A stretch of DNA of 58,441 nt, filler included, from an uncultured bacterium (GTDB taxonomy: Bacteria > CAZSTA01): assembly GCA_964609495.1 (NCBI GenBank). It is 2 parts of 2 records of this genome, joined end to end, with 100 filler letters (N's around TTAATTAATTAA, not from the genome) between each part and the next. Parts side by side here need not be neighbours in the genome. Positions count along the whole stretch, not along the records: positions 29,371 to 58,441 come from CAZSTA010000023.1; 1 more part is not named here. One strand, written 5' to 3'. The notes beneath the pieces were generated by a model that made no database searches, was not told the origin of the DNA, and saw nothing but the letters and a program-made list of their open reading frames with translations. The translations under genes and the position numbers were made by a program. Shown here one piece after another: positions 29,371 to 39,638 of the stretch (positions are counted from its first letter, which is position 1; each line of letters begins with the position of its first letter).

Positions 29371-30460
29371 CGTTATTGACGATCGTGTAATCCAATTGCC
29401 CATCTCCCAGATAATCCAAGACGGTCTTCACGTGATCATAGGCTGTATATCCCTTGGTCTCTCCTCTTTGGGTCATAATATTGCAAACATATATCTTAAC
29501 TGCGGGAGAACGCCGAATAGCTTGCACTATCTCATCTATTAATAGATTAGAGATTATGCTGGTATAAAGGCTGCCTGGTCCTAGAACTATGGCCTCTGCA
29601 TTTAAGATCGCCTCTATAGCCTCGGGTAGAGCCTTGACCTCCGCTGGCTTCAAGAATATCTTCTTTATCGCCTTTCCACTTTCAGGGATCTTCGACTCTC
29701 CCATAACTATTGAACCATCCTCTAACTCCGCTCCTAGGACTACGTCCTGCAAGGTCGAAGGCAAAACCCTGCCTCGGACCGCTAATACCGCGCTCGACTC
29801 CTTAACCGCCTCCTCGAAGTCTCCGAGTATCTCGGACATCGTTGTAATAAATAGATTCCCGAAGTTATGTCCCTCTAAGCCGTGTCCCTTCTTGAAACGA
29901 TGTTGGAAGAGCCTAGCCATAAGAGGCTCCGAATCCGCTAAAGCTACTATGCAGTTCCTGATATCCCCCGGAGGAGATACCCCGAACTCCTGACGCAATC
30001 TCCCCGAACTCCCCCCATCATCCGCTACCGTAACAACAGCGGTGATGTTGCTCGTAAACTCCTTGAGACCATGGAGTAGAGTGGAAAGCCCAGTTCCTCC
30101 CCCGATGGCTACGATCTTAGGACCTTTCGCCAACTGACGCTTCTGAAATATGATATCAACTAGATCGCTCTCTCGTCGTCGCGGCATCAAGACCGCTACT
30201 ATCGAACGATTAACCTCTCTCAAGCCGATCACAAGACAAGTCATTCCGATTAAGATCTCCACTATCCCAAAAGCTTGGGGGGAGAGAGGATAATCCAAAA
30301 GTTTCCGCAAGGGGAGCAAGATAAAATATTGAAACCTTAAAATAGTCCCTAATGTCCAAGTCATAACTATTCCGGATACGGCTAAGAATAAGCCAAAACC
30401 CATCAGCAAAATCCATCTTTTAACCCTCATCCCCGGATATAACCACTTCAAAAACTTCAT
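29371..30460 (-). CDS. yvcK: YvcK/GlmR (CofD-like) protein with N-terminal TMs; 3' end lost in the gap
   Basis: WLYPGMRVKRW, GGGTGL, TVADDGGSSG, PGDIRNC and GPGSLYTS motifs. Confidence 0.92.
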
Positions 30461-31348
30461 CTATTGATCATCTCCCGTCTGATCTTTGTCGATATCACGA
30501 TGTCTTATCAGCACTCGATAATTTTTATCCCTCAAAAAATTTCCCAGCTCATTCGTCAATACTACTGATCGGTGTTTACCCCCTGTACAACCTATGGCTA
30601 TTGATAGATATGATTTGCCCTCTTCAACATAGTAAGGGAGAAGAAAGGAGATGAGATCGAAGAGTTTGGACTCGAACTCCCGAGTAACCGGCCACTTCAG
30701 GACAAAATCTCTAACAGCAGAATCTCTTCCAGTGCAGGATTTGAGCGCCTCTACGTAGTAGGGATTGGGCAGGAAACGAACATCGAATACTAAATCAACA
30801 TCGTGGGGGAGACCATATTTATAGCCGAAGGAATAAAGACTAATGAGTAAGCTCTCTGTCCCCCAGCATCTGTCGAATTCAGCGGCGATTTCTTCTCTTA
30901 ATTGCTTCTGTGATAGATGAGAAGTATCAATAATCTTATCCGCTATCTCCCTGATCTTATCTAATTGTTCTCGCTCCGCCTCGATCTCCTCCTGTATCGT
31001 CCCCTTATCATCTAAGGGATGTCTCCTCCTCGTCTCGCTGAAACGGCGGATTATAGTCTCATTCGAGGCATCCAAGAAGAGGATGCGGCTCTCGAAACCT
31101 GATTCCTCAATATAGTTGAGCGAAGGGATTATATCATCGAAGAAGCTTCCTACCCGAACATCAAGCACTAAAGCGATCGAATCGATCTTAGCCTTAGAAT
31201 TTACACATAGCTCAATGAACCTCGGAATTAGGAGAGGAGGGAGATTATCAACGCAAAAGTATCCCAGATCCTCAAAACATCTTAGAACGGTTGTCTTTCC
31301 TGCTCCTGATATACCAGTGATTATGACAAATGATAACTGATGAGACAA
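30461..31348 (-). CDS. rapZ: RNase adapter RapZ/YvcJ P-loop protein
   Basis: GISGAGKT, DNLP, ETRRRHP, SFGYKYG, DVRFLPNP and GCTGGKHRS motifs. Confidence 0.95.
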   Translation of the reverse strand: MSHQLSFVIITGISGAGKTTVLRCFEDLGYFCVDNLPPLLIPRFIELCVNSKAKIDSIALVLDVRVGSFFDDIIPSLNYIEESGFESRILFLDASNETIIRRFSETRRRHPLDDKGTIQEEIEAEREQLDKIREIADKIIDTSHLSQKQLREEIAAEFDRCWGTESLLISLYSFGYKYGLPHDVDLVFDVRFLPNPYYVEALKSCTGRDSAVRDFVLKWPVTREFESKLFDLISFLLPYYVEEGKSYLSIAIGCTGGKHRSVVLTNELGNFLRDKNYRVLIRHRDIDKDQTGDDQ

Positions 31349-31364
31349 AATTCTCTTGTCCTCC

Positions 31365-33518
31365 CTAAAACCTGGCGCTCAACTCCAAACTTGTCTTTCT
31401 CCCATAATAGTCGTTTTCGCTCTCCAGTTTATCCCTAAAATCAACCGATTCGTTTTCCAGAGCGACCAGCAACCAATCCGCCGCTTTATATCGCAAGGAT
31501 AACGATAGGGAGGTGCGATTGGTAACGCTCAATCCACTTTCTTGAGAAAGATCGAACTCTGATCTCAGCCTGAGATTCTCAAGGAGTAGATAGGATATCT
31601 CTCCTGATAAACTATCGGTAAAGCTATAATTATTCTCCTTATCCCGAACAGTCTTACGAGTCAATTCTGTCGAGAGCGAAAGATGAAGATCGGGTTTGTA
31701 AGTTCCCTCTAAGACAATAATATCGGTATTCGCAGTTGAGAGGAGCGTTTTCTGCCAACTTGAGCTATACAAGACCTCTACCACTAACCTTCGCTGAGGC
31801 TTATACCTGAGCTTGAGATCTGTGGTCTTGAAGGATCTGATCACTTGATCCTGATCTCTTATCTCCTCAGCTCGATAGTTTATCGAAAGCGATGTCTTTT
31901 CAAAAGGTCTAGCATTTAAGGTGATAAGCGAAGCCTCGGTCTCATCTCGTTCCTCGAAGGATTCGCTTTCCCACTTATACAACTTATACTTTCCACTCAG
32001 GCCGATATCCTTAGAGGGCTGATATCTTACTCCTAACGTTTGGGTTGTGCCTCTATGATCATCTATCCCCACACTACTCTCCCAGGATAGGGAAGGAGAG
32101 AGTGTCAGTTTCTTCACTGGAATTATCTTAAAACTCAAGCTATTGATAGCTGTTTGATAGCTTAGTAGAGGATTATTTTTATCCGAAAAGATCTCTGTTT
32201 CTCTACTCCCAACCACCTCCAAACGCGAGCCAAAGGATTTGCGGAGTTCCATCACCGTTCGCAAAGTAGTATTATCGGGCGAGGGAGATGGCTTCTCTCC
32301 TATAACCTTGGTCTTACTTATGCTGAAGAGCAAGTGGGGTGAGCGAGGGGGAGAGAAGGATAACTCCCCCGAAAGAGTGGAGTAGAAGGTTATATTCTCA
32401 TCAGGATCATCGCGAAGATCATCTCGAGAGTGGCTATAGGTAGCGCTGGCATAAAGCTCAGGAGAGAAGGTTCTACTTAAAGTTAATTGCATCTCTTGAG
32501 AATCACTCTTTAAACGGAGATTATTCAGCGATTTGAAGTCGGGATCGACCCGTCTTAGATTGGCACTCAAGGTAAAACCCACTAACTGTATATCTAAACC
32601 TAGCTTGAGAGCATTTCCTCCCAGATCTTCCTCAGAATGATATCCACTGTGGGCTATCTCTCCGTAAGCGGTGATCCCTGGTTTAAGCAGAAGAGAGCCT
32701 TCCACTCCATATACATAATGCTCGAAAGGTAATTGTTCATCATCCTCAGAGGGATTCCCTTCACCCTTCTCCCTAATATATATCAAGGCAATTGTGGAGA
32801 AATCGTCTAACTGATAATCGCTACGAATTCCATAGACCTCGCGGGGTTTGATATCCTCCCCAGGTAGGTACTCATATACTACCTCGATCGTTGAGGTGGT
32901 AGGAATGATCTCCTTAAACTCGATTAATCCCTCCCCATAATCTATAGTATAATTTCTATTTCTCCTATAAGGGACGCCATCCACCTCTACGCTTTCGCTA
33001 TTCTCGATAACTGGCTTTCGAGATAATTTATAGGGTCCTATAGTCCCATCGCCCTCGATTATATCGACTCGCAAGATCCCCTTAGTTTGAGCCTCCAAAG
33101 TAGTAAGCGTCCATCGTCCTAAGGTGGCTGATCCCTTAATTCCCTCCAGCTTTCTAGTATATAAAGCGAACTCCCCACTATAGAAACCAGCTAAAAAATC
33201 GCCCGCAGTAAGACGAACTGAACTTCCTTGGGCGGTTACATATAGATCGCTTATCACCTCCTCTCTCAACTTTATACTAGTAGTAAGCACCAATCCCGGA
33301 AATACTTGAGCAGTAAGCGATAACTTAGCCTCCCAATCTGGAACCTTCTCCGGCGAGAATCCTCGCTCTTTGGAGAATAACTTCTCTAAATTTCCTCTGA
33401 GATCTAGATCGGAAAAAGTTAAGGTTATATTTCCAGTGATCGGTATAGCTTCCGCTCTCTTGTCTTCCAGAGGACTCAGCAGAAGAACTAAGATGACTAT
33501 GGTTAGAATCGCCCTCAT
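31365..33518 (-). CDS. Putative outer-membrane beta-barrel protein
   Basis: Signal peptide, long alternating beta-strand pattern, C-terminal F (LELSARF), ENSESV.VDG..YTIDY..G plug-like motif. Confidence 0.6.
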   Translation of the reverse strand: MRAILTIVILVLLLSPLEDKRAEAIPITGNITLTFSDLDLRGNLEKLFSKERGFSPEKVPDWEAKLSLTAQVFPGLVLTTSIKLREEVISDLYVTAQGSSVRLTAGDFLAGFYSGEFALYTRKLEGIKGSATLGRWTLTTLEAQTKGILRVDIIEGDGTIGPYKLSRKPVIENSESVEVDGVPYRRNRNYTIDYGEGLIEFKEIIPTTSTIEVVYEYLPGEDIKPREVYGIRSDYQLDDFSTIALIYIREKGEGNPSEDDEQLPFEHYVYGVEGSLLLKPGITAYGEIAHSGYHSEEDLGGNALKLGLDIQLVGFTLSANLRRVDPDFKSLNNLRLKSDSQEMQLTLSRTFSPELYASATYSHSRDDLRDDPDENITFYSTLSGELSFSPPRSPHLLFSISKTKVIGEKPSPSPDNTTLRTVMELRKSFGSRLEVVGSRETEIFSDKNNPLLSYQTAINSLSFKIIPVKKLTLSPSLSWESSVGIDDHRGTTQTLGVRYQPSKDIGLSGKYKLYKWESESFEERDETEASLITLNARPFEKTSLSINYRAEEIRDQDQVIRSFKTTDLKLRYKPQRRLVVEVLYSSSWQKTLLSTANTDIIVLEGTYKPDLHLSLSTELTRKTVRDKENNYSFTDSLSGEISYLLLENLRLRSEFDLSQESGLSVTNRTSLSLSLRYKAADWLLVALENESVDFRDKLESENDYYGRKTSLELSARF

Positions 33519-33520
33519 TA

Positions 33521-34915
33521 TTAGAAAGCCGAGTCCACAGCCTCATCTGCTTGGATCAATCCTGCTCCTATAGCAGAATCATCCCAATACACCTCAATCT
33601 GATCCCCCGTGAAGGCATCAACTATTGTGGCTTCATCGTGATCTATAGGAAGAGCAGTGTCTTTCAGGATATCCTCGATCTCCCCCTGGGTCAAGCCCGC
33701 GTAGTTCTGGAGCATCATCGCGACAACTCCACTGACATGCGCCGCCGCCAGACTCGTTCCTCCTCGGAAATCATACTTGCCCGGAATCTGAGGGAGACCC
33801 CAGTCCTTAGTGCCCCACCTTATCACTTGCGCTTGAGATCTGTCTCTCATTCCAGGAAGATATGGGCCAGCGATCCAACTGCCCGGCGCAACTACATCTA
33901 ATTCCTGATCGGCTCCTCTCTCGCGGCTGGAAAAAGTGGGAATATATATATCCTCTTCTATATTATCCTCTGGAACGTTATTGATGAACTCCAGCCACCA
34001 TCCTCCCACAGTCCATTCTTTAACCCAACCTATTGCTCCTACAGATATTACCTCTTGATAGGCGGCGGGCCAAACCATTCCCGCCTCACCCTCATCTCCA
34101 GCCGCCGCAACGATTATAACATCGCTATCGAGGCCGTAATCTATCGCCTCGCGGAGGATATCCGAAGGGATAGGGCTTCCTAGACTGAGGTTTATGACTA
34201 TAGGAGCATCTAGCTCCTCCCTCAACCCAGTCACGTACAGAATCCCCGCGATGACATCGGAGACGAATCCCACTCCGTTATCCCCCAGGACCTTAACCGG
34301 GATCAGAGAAGACCCTGGCGCGATTCCCTCAATCGGAACTCCGCTCAGGCTATAGCCGAGGATCATAGAGGCAAGATAAGTGGCATGAGAAGAATTACCT
34401 ATCCAAGGGACAGGACTTGGCACTAACTCCTGAACAAAGCTCTTTCCGTACTCCTCAGCTACTCCTCCAATAGGCAGATAGATCCTCCAGTTGGAGACTA
34501 AACCAGTGTCGAGCAAGGCGATATATACTCCCCCTCCATTATTGATCGTCTTCTCCACATTTATTATATCGAGATTCCATGAGAGGAATCCCATTCCAAA
34601 CGAGGACATCCCTAAAGCGAAAACAAGTTGATCCTCCTCTACACTCTCCACCGAGGGCAATCCCTGTAACTGGGGGATACTGCTACGCTCCACAGAGAGA
34701 ACGACAGCACTGATCTCTGGAAAAACATAAATTATGGAGATGGCATAATCGGATAGCTCCTCTAGGATATCCTCAGTTGGTTCCTCAGTAGTTTTTACAA
34801 TAACCCGGACCCCTCTTCCTTCTATTTGCGCCCTCACCTCTCCCCAGCCTAGCATAAGAGTTAATGCTATGACCAATAGGATAATTGATGGGCCTCTCAT
34901 CTGTTCCTTTCTCAT
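33521..34915 (-). CDS. Secreted S8 subtilase with I9-like propeptide
   Basis: LLDTG, SHAT, NLSLG, AAAGD, VVAPG and GTSLAAAHVSG motifs. Confidence 0.88.
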   Translation of the reverse strand: MRKEQMRGPSIILLVIALTLMLGWGEVRAQIEGRGVRVIVKTTEEPTEDILEELSDYAISIIYVFPEISAVVLSVERSSIPQLQGLPSVESVEEDQLVFALGMSSFGMGFLSWNLDIINVEKTINNGGGVYIALLDTGLVSNWRIYLPIGGVAEEYGKSFVQELVPSPVPWIGNSSHATYLASMILGYSLSGVPIEGIAPGSSLIPVKVLGDNGVGFVSDVIAGILYVTGLREELDAPIVINLSLGSPIPSDILREAIDYGLDSDVIIVAAAGDEGEAGMVWPAAYQEVISVGAIGWVKEWTVGGWWLEFINNVPEDNIEEDIYIPTFSSRERGADQELDVVAPGSWIAGPYLPGMRDRSQAQVIRWGTKDWGLPQIPGKYDFRGGTSLAAAHVSGVVAMMLQNYAGLTQGEIEDILKDTALPIDHDEATIVDAFTGDQIEVYWDDSAIGAGLIQADEAVDSAF

Positions 34916-35097
34916 AGGTTATCACCCCACTTTGTTAGGAACGAAAAAATCTCATCAACTTCTACTAAAAGAATATGAGGGATTTATAATCTGGCTTTGA
35001 TAGTTATGCGACCCTCAAAAATGCTGTTATATCGTCATTTTCAAAATTTTAACTAATTTTCGAGATCAACAGAGATCTTATTCTTCACATTAATGAG

Positions 35098-36213
35098 TTA
35101 TAATGAGCTATAAGGTATTTTTACTATGGTATTTACCATTGCCCAAAAGTTTTCAAATGGAGTGTCAAGCTGCAAATGATGGGTTGGGCCTATTATCAAA
35201 CCACCATTCTTACCAAGCGTTTTTAAACGCGTTATTACCTCCTTTTGAACCTCCGTCGGCGTTCCAAAGGGCAAGGTATATTGTTCATCAATTGATCCCC
35301 AGAAACATAGTTTATCCCCATAATCCTTTTTTAATTTCTCGGGATCCATACACCTGGGCTGAATTGGATTGAGAATATCCAATCCAATATCAATTAAATC
35401 CGGAATTATTGGATAAATAACACCATCGGAATGATATGCTATCTTTATTTCGGGATTGATGTTCTTTAAGGTCGAAATAAATTCAGCCATCCGCGGTTTT
35501 AAAAATGAACGCCATGTTTCTGGTGAAATTGACATAGCCTCCTGAGCGCCAAAATCATCTCCAAGCCAAATCATATCAACGCCCATTTCCACTAATTTTT
35601 TAGCGGCGGTAAGATGATAGTTGAAGGGGATATCAAATATTTTTTCCACAAGATCAGGATTTAAAACAAAATCCATCATTGATTTCTCCAATCCCCTGAG
35701 AGCCCAGGCGGTCTCAAAAATCGTTGTTACCGTAGCTCCAACTATCCAATACTCATCTTTATATTCCTCGATTACTCTTCTCGCTTCATCATATAATTCA
35801 GGTCTATTCGGATCAGGAGCTTCATAAGAATCTATTGCGGAATCACCGGAGAGAGGATGACCGATAACTTCAGTGTAATATCCTTTGCCAAATCTCGTGT
35901 TATATTCTACATTCTTCCACTTAATTCCCCATTCATCGGTATAGGTATCCCCTCCAGGGTTATAACGGGAATCAGCATAATATGAATTTGCCCATCCAAC
36001 TGAAGTTAAAAGCATATCTTCATCTAAAGCACGTTCCAACTCGTAAGTATTACCAGCCCCATGAGGATTATGGGGACTTTCCCCTTCTTGATTCAGATTC
36101 AATTCATTCTCAAGTCTTAAAGCAAACTCTGGGGTGAAGCTAATTTGCATCGGACATCTATCTGGTTCCTCATGATTAAGAGCCATTATTACTCGATCTC
36201 GATGTTTCATCAT
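35098..36213 (-). CDS. UroD/MtaA-CmuA (methylcobamide methyltransferase-like) family protein
   Basis: EEPDRCP, DEWG, FE.AW.LRG, GDD.G.Q, HSDG, NPIQP and GSIDEQ motifs. Confidence 0.85.
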   Translation of the reverse strand: MMKHRDRVIMALNHEEPDRCPMQISFTPEFALRLENELNLNQEGESPHNPHGAGNTYELERALDEDMLLTSVGWANSYYADSRYNPGGDTYTDEWGIKWKNVEYNTRFGKGYYTEVIGHPLSGDSAIDSYEAPDPNRPELYDEARRVIEEYKDEYWIVGATVTTIFETAWALRGLEKSMMDFVLNPDLVEKIFDIPFNYHLTAAKKLVEMGVDMIWLGDDFGAQEAMSISPETWRSFLKPRMAEFISTLKNINPEIKIAYHSDGVIYPIIPDLIDIGLDILNPIQPRCMDPEKLKKDYGDKLCFWGSIDEQYTLPFGTPTEVQKEVITRLKTLGKNGGLIIGPTHHLQLDTPFENFWAMVNTIVKIPYSSL

Positions 36214-36357
36214 TTACCTCCCTCCTATTTTAATAAAATTTGAGAGGAAATATATCCAAAATTAGCTATATTACGAAATTTTCGATCCGATCATTTCTTT
36301 ACTAAATGTCGAACTTGGATTACAAATTATTTGTCGCTAATTTATCACCTACCTCTC

Positions 36358-36386
36358 ATTATATAACTATTATCTGACAATGTCAA
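36358..36386 (-). promoter_or_regulatory. Consensus sigma70 promoter
   Basis: TTGACA-N17-TATAAT. Confidence 0.75.
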
Positions 36387-36417
36387 GAGTTAGTTGGATT
36401 AATTAAAATAGATTTCT

Positions 36418-38643
36418 CTAAGCCCATGGCATCGGCTCAATTCCTATTTCTCTCGCTTCTTTTATCGGTACTAAGACCGCATAGCCTATAGTTCCTACAC
36501 CTCTATCGAAGCGACCTATATCCTCAGCCGCTTTATATCTCTCCTGCCCTACCTCCCAAGCTTTTTTGAAGCTAGAAGAACCGATCATCATCGTCTCTAG
36601 ACATTCATACCTTTCGGAGTTGGGCCAAACTTCCCAAGCCAGAAAAGCATGTCCGGGAACGAAAACTATAGCTGGATTCATACCAGCCGCTTCTATTAAG
36701 CTAGCAAAGAGCACGGAGCAATCCAGACAATTAACCGATCTTGTCTTTAGACTTTCCCTGGGGAGTTTCACCCTCTGTGTCACCTGATCGCCTATCTCCC
36801 CAAAGTTTATAAGGGAATCGATATAAGCAAGTTCTCCCTTCTCCTGAAGGGCTTGGTAGATCGCCTCTATCTTTCTCCGAACGATCTCAACTCCTTTCTC
36901 CCTCGAAACACCATCTGGATAGCCAAATGCGAATCCTTCTGGATAATAATCGCGGGCGATTCTTAACATCTCCCTTACGGGTTCTATATTGGGTGTCACC
37001 CAAGCGGCTATGTGGAGTCTAAAGTCCTTATACTCATTGGTATATTCATCCCGAATCGCCATCAGAAAAGTATCTCTGGCATAGAGCTTGACATTATAAC
37101 TATTTTCATCAGGCTCCCATCCGCCATCATGATAATCAACTTCGGTATGAAGAGTAGCAGTCCTGACCTCACTGATTTTACTCACCTCACAAGGAATTAG
37201 ATTCGGAGAATGCTTAATAACCTTGTTTTCCCCCAGTGATATTTTAATAGTGCTATTAGCATGATCAGAATAACCCTCGATCCAGGAGGAAAGCGTTATT
37301 CTTATGCTTTCTTGAGTATCATTTGCGATCTTATATGTTACCAGGGGATATTCCTCACGATCGAGGAGGTGATAACTGCCAGTGGGGATATAAGGGCTTA
37401 CCTCCGTTAGAATATGAATATCCCGAACTTTCGATAGATCATAAGGCTTCTTCAATTCCTTTAGCTTAGTTTGAACCTTCTCTATCTTAACTTCCAGTTC
37501 ACTAGCTCTCTTCTCTAAACTCGCTATTATCTCAGGATCACTCGCGGAAGCTAATTCTTTAACCACCTCTCTAAGTTTCGAAGGTTTCTCCTTATTAAAT
37601 ATAAGATTTAAAGATGCTATACCCGTAGCTATAAGCCAGCCGATTAAGATCTTATATGGCCCAATTGCAAGTATATACTCCAATAGATTAGGAACTAATT
37701 CATCTCCAGGCTTTTGCCCCCTCTCCAAACTTTCAAAAGTGCCGAACGCATTTAGGAGAAATCCTTCATCGGTCATTTGGATACTATCTAAACTCAGGAT
37801 CGTATCTTTAGGAATCAGCAAATACTCTCCCCTTTCTATTGTCCAATCTTTCCTGATCTTTGGAAAGCTCACTTTCGCCTTCTCTATCGTCGATAAAACA
37901 CCACTTCCTCCTAGATAATTCGGTCTTGTAAAATCCAATTCACTTATCATATATCCTCTCTCATAGAGAAGATTATTGACAGATGGATCTTCAGTTTCGA
38001 TGGGTGTCTTCGTAACTAAGAAGGAATTAGTACTGAACGTTCCTTCCCTCTTCAATATTGAAAGTTTTACCTTGAAATCTCCACTTTTTACTCGACATCT
38101 TTCTCCACTGCTCCTATTTTCGATCTCACAGCTTTTGAGAGTAAGATATATCAAACCGTTTCTACCTATGCTTACCTTTCCTTCTCCCCTCTTCCCTTTC
38201 TCCATATCTATATTTAGTTGATTACTGCTTGGATCTGCCAACAAGGCTATCCTATCACCAGGAGTTATGCTGAACTCCTTAAGCGTTATTATATCTTCCG
38301 ATTCTCCAGAACCTGGGTTGATTATAGCCTCTGAACTGGAACCGATAGATCTTATCTCTACTTCATCACTTTGCCTGAATTGAATCGGACATCCTTCTCC
38401 AGAGAGATTATCAACTAGGAAATTCAGGGAGAAATCCTTATTCAGCCTTATTTGTTCGCTCATCATTGAACCTAAAAATATATCTTTAGCTTTCCCTTGA
38501 GAGATGAAGGATGTCTCCTTAGTTGTAACCTCGATTTTACTCGCTATTGGAATTCTGATAAGCATAAGAATAAGCGATACCACAACAATAAAGATAGTGG
38601 GAGATAATGCTATCAGAATATATCTAAATTTATGTTTAAACAC
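36418..38643 (-). CDS. Two-TM membrane protein with coiled coil and C-terminal transglutaminase/papain-like domain
   Basis: TMs near residues 8-32 and 322-350; NCLDCSVLFAS, PGHAFLAW and LETM catalytic-type motifs. Confidence 0.6.
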   Translation of the reverse strand: MFKHKFRYILIALSPTIFIVVVSLILMLIRIPIASKIEVTTKETSFISQGKAKDIFLGSMMSEQIRLNKDFSLNFLVDNLSGEGCPIQFRQSDEVEIRSIGSSSEAIINPGSGESEDIITLKEFSITPGDRIALLADPSSNQLNIDMEKGKRGEGKVSIGRNGLIYLTLKSCEIENRSSGERCRVKSGDFKVKLSILKREGTFSTNSFLVTKTPIETEDPSVNNLLYERGYMISELDFTRPNYLGGSGVLSTIEKAKVSFPKIRKDWTIERGEYLLIPKDTILSLDSIQMTDEGFLLNAFGTFESLERGQKPGDELVPNLLEYILAIGPYKILIGWLIATGIASLNLIFNKEKPSKLREVVKELASASDPEIIASLEKRASELEVKIEKVQTKLKELKKPYDLSKVRDIHILTEVSPYIPTGSYHLLDREEYPLVTYKIANDTQESIRITLSSWIEGYSDHANSTIKISLGENKVIKHSPNLIPCEVSKISEVRTATLHTEVDYHDGGWEPDENSYNVKLYARDTFLMAIRDEYTNEYKDFRLHIAAWVTPNIEPVREMLRIARDYYPEGFAFGYPDGVSREKGVEIVRRKIEAIYQALQEKGELAYIDSLINFGEIGDQVTQRVKLPRESLKTRSVNCLDCSVLFASLIEAAGMNPAIVFVPGHAFLAWEVWPNSERYECLETMMIGSSSFKKAWEVGQERYKAAEDIGRFDRGVGTIGYAVLVPIKEAREIGIEPMPWA

Positions 38644-38681
38644 CTCTCTCCCTCTCCTTCCCTAATAAAAGAGAAAAGGAT

Positions 38682-39503
38682 TTACCGAATGCTAGACTTA
38701 TGATAGAAGTTGTAATAATAGGGGAGAGACAGGATTCTGTCTCCTAGCTCGAAGGTAGCATCTATTTTCAACTGATACATCCCTTCAGGAGCTATCTGAC
38801 CATCTTTATCTTTACCATCCCAATCAATTATGATAGGTCTATTAGGCATACGATCACTAAGTTCATCTTCATAAATGATAGCGGTATCATCATCTATCCT
38901 TATGAACTTATATACTAAATCGGCTTTGTTACTCGCTACAAAGACGAATCTGTAATTCTCTACCTCGCCTAAGCACATTGTGGGATTGCGATATATCAAT
39001 ATCGGGGCAATTTGTGAGATATCCTCACCTCTCACCTTTTCGATCTCTGCTAAAGCGTATAAATCATCGATGCTCAGACCTATCACATCGACCACTCCCC
39101 TCGCATCCCACTCAAATTGAGGATCAGGAAAATTTTTAGGGTTATATCCCTTCTCCGAAGGTCTCATCGCGTAGTTGTAGCCAGGGAATTTCCTAATTGT
39201 CCTTTCATACTCACTAACAGTTATAGAAATTGTAGAAGGAGCTTGAAGATAGAACCAAAGAGCGATTAGATTTTCGCTCCTATCCTCGGGAAGAGCTCCT
39301 TGCCAAAATAATATCGCAGATAGGAGCTTCAAGTTTCCCTGAGCTGTGGGAGTCCCTTCGAGTCCTTCTTCTCGAAGTGGGTTATACCTCTCTCTATACT
39401 CAAGCTGATGAGGTTGAGCAGATACGAAAGAAGATATTATACTCATAGATGTAAGGGCAATGATAAGATATAATTTGATCTTAAATCTTTCAAAAATCAT
39501 CAT
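38682..39503 (-). CDS. Secreted hypothetical protein with C-terminal FlgD-Ig-like domain
   Basis: ATG 39503 behind GGAGGAG; signal peptide; WDGKDKDGQIAPEGMY. Confidence 0.6.
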   Translation of the reverse strand: MMIFERFKIKLYLIIALTSMSIISSFVSAQPHQLEYRERYNPLREEGLEGTPTAQGNLKLLSAILFWQGALPEDRSENLIALWFYLQAPSTISITVSEYERTIRKFPGYNYAMRPSEKGYNPKNFPDPQFEWDARGVVDVIGLSIDDLYALAEIEKVRGEDISQIAPILIYRNPTMCLGEVENYRFVFVASNKADLVYKFIRIDDDTAIIYEDELSDRMPNRPIIIDWDGKDKDGQIAPEGMYQLKIDATFELGDRILSLPYYYNFYHKSSIR

Positions 39504-39638
39504 TCTCCTCCCTCTTGTAAAAACATACCATTCCGAAACCGAAATTCCGGCTAGAAGATGAAATATCGATTCCGGATCCGCACCCAATTCCGATTACAAA
39601 GAAAGGAGAAGAGTCCTATTCTTATTATTTACTGACAT

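Noticed and set aside
39530-39596. Hexamer-periodic CGATTC-like tract
   Set aside because: Short, degenerate and single-copy in the window
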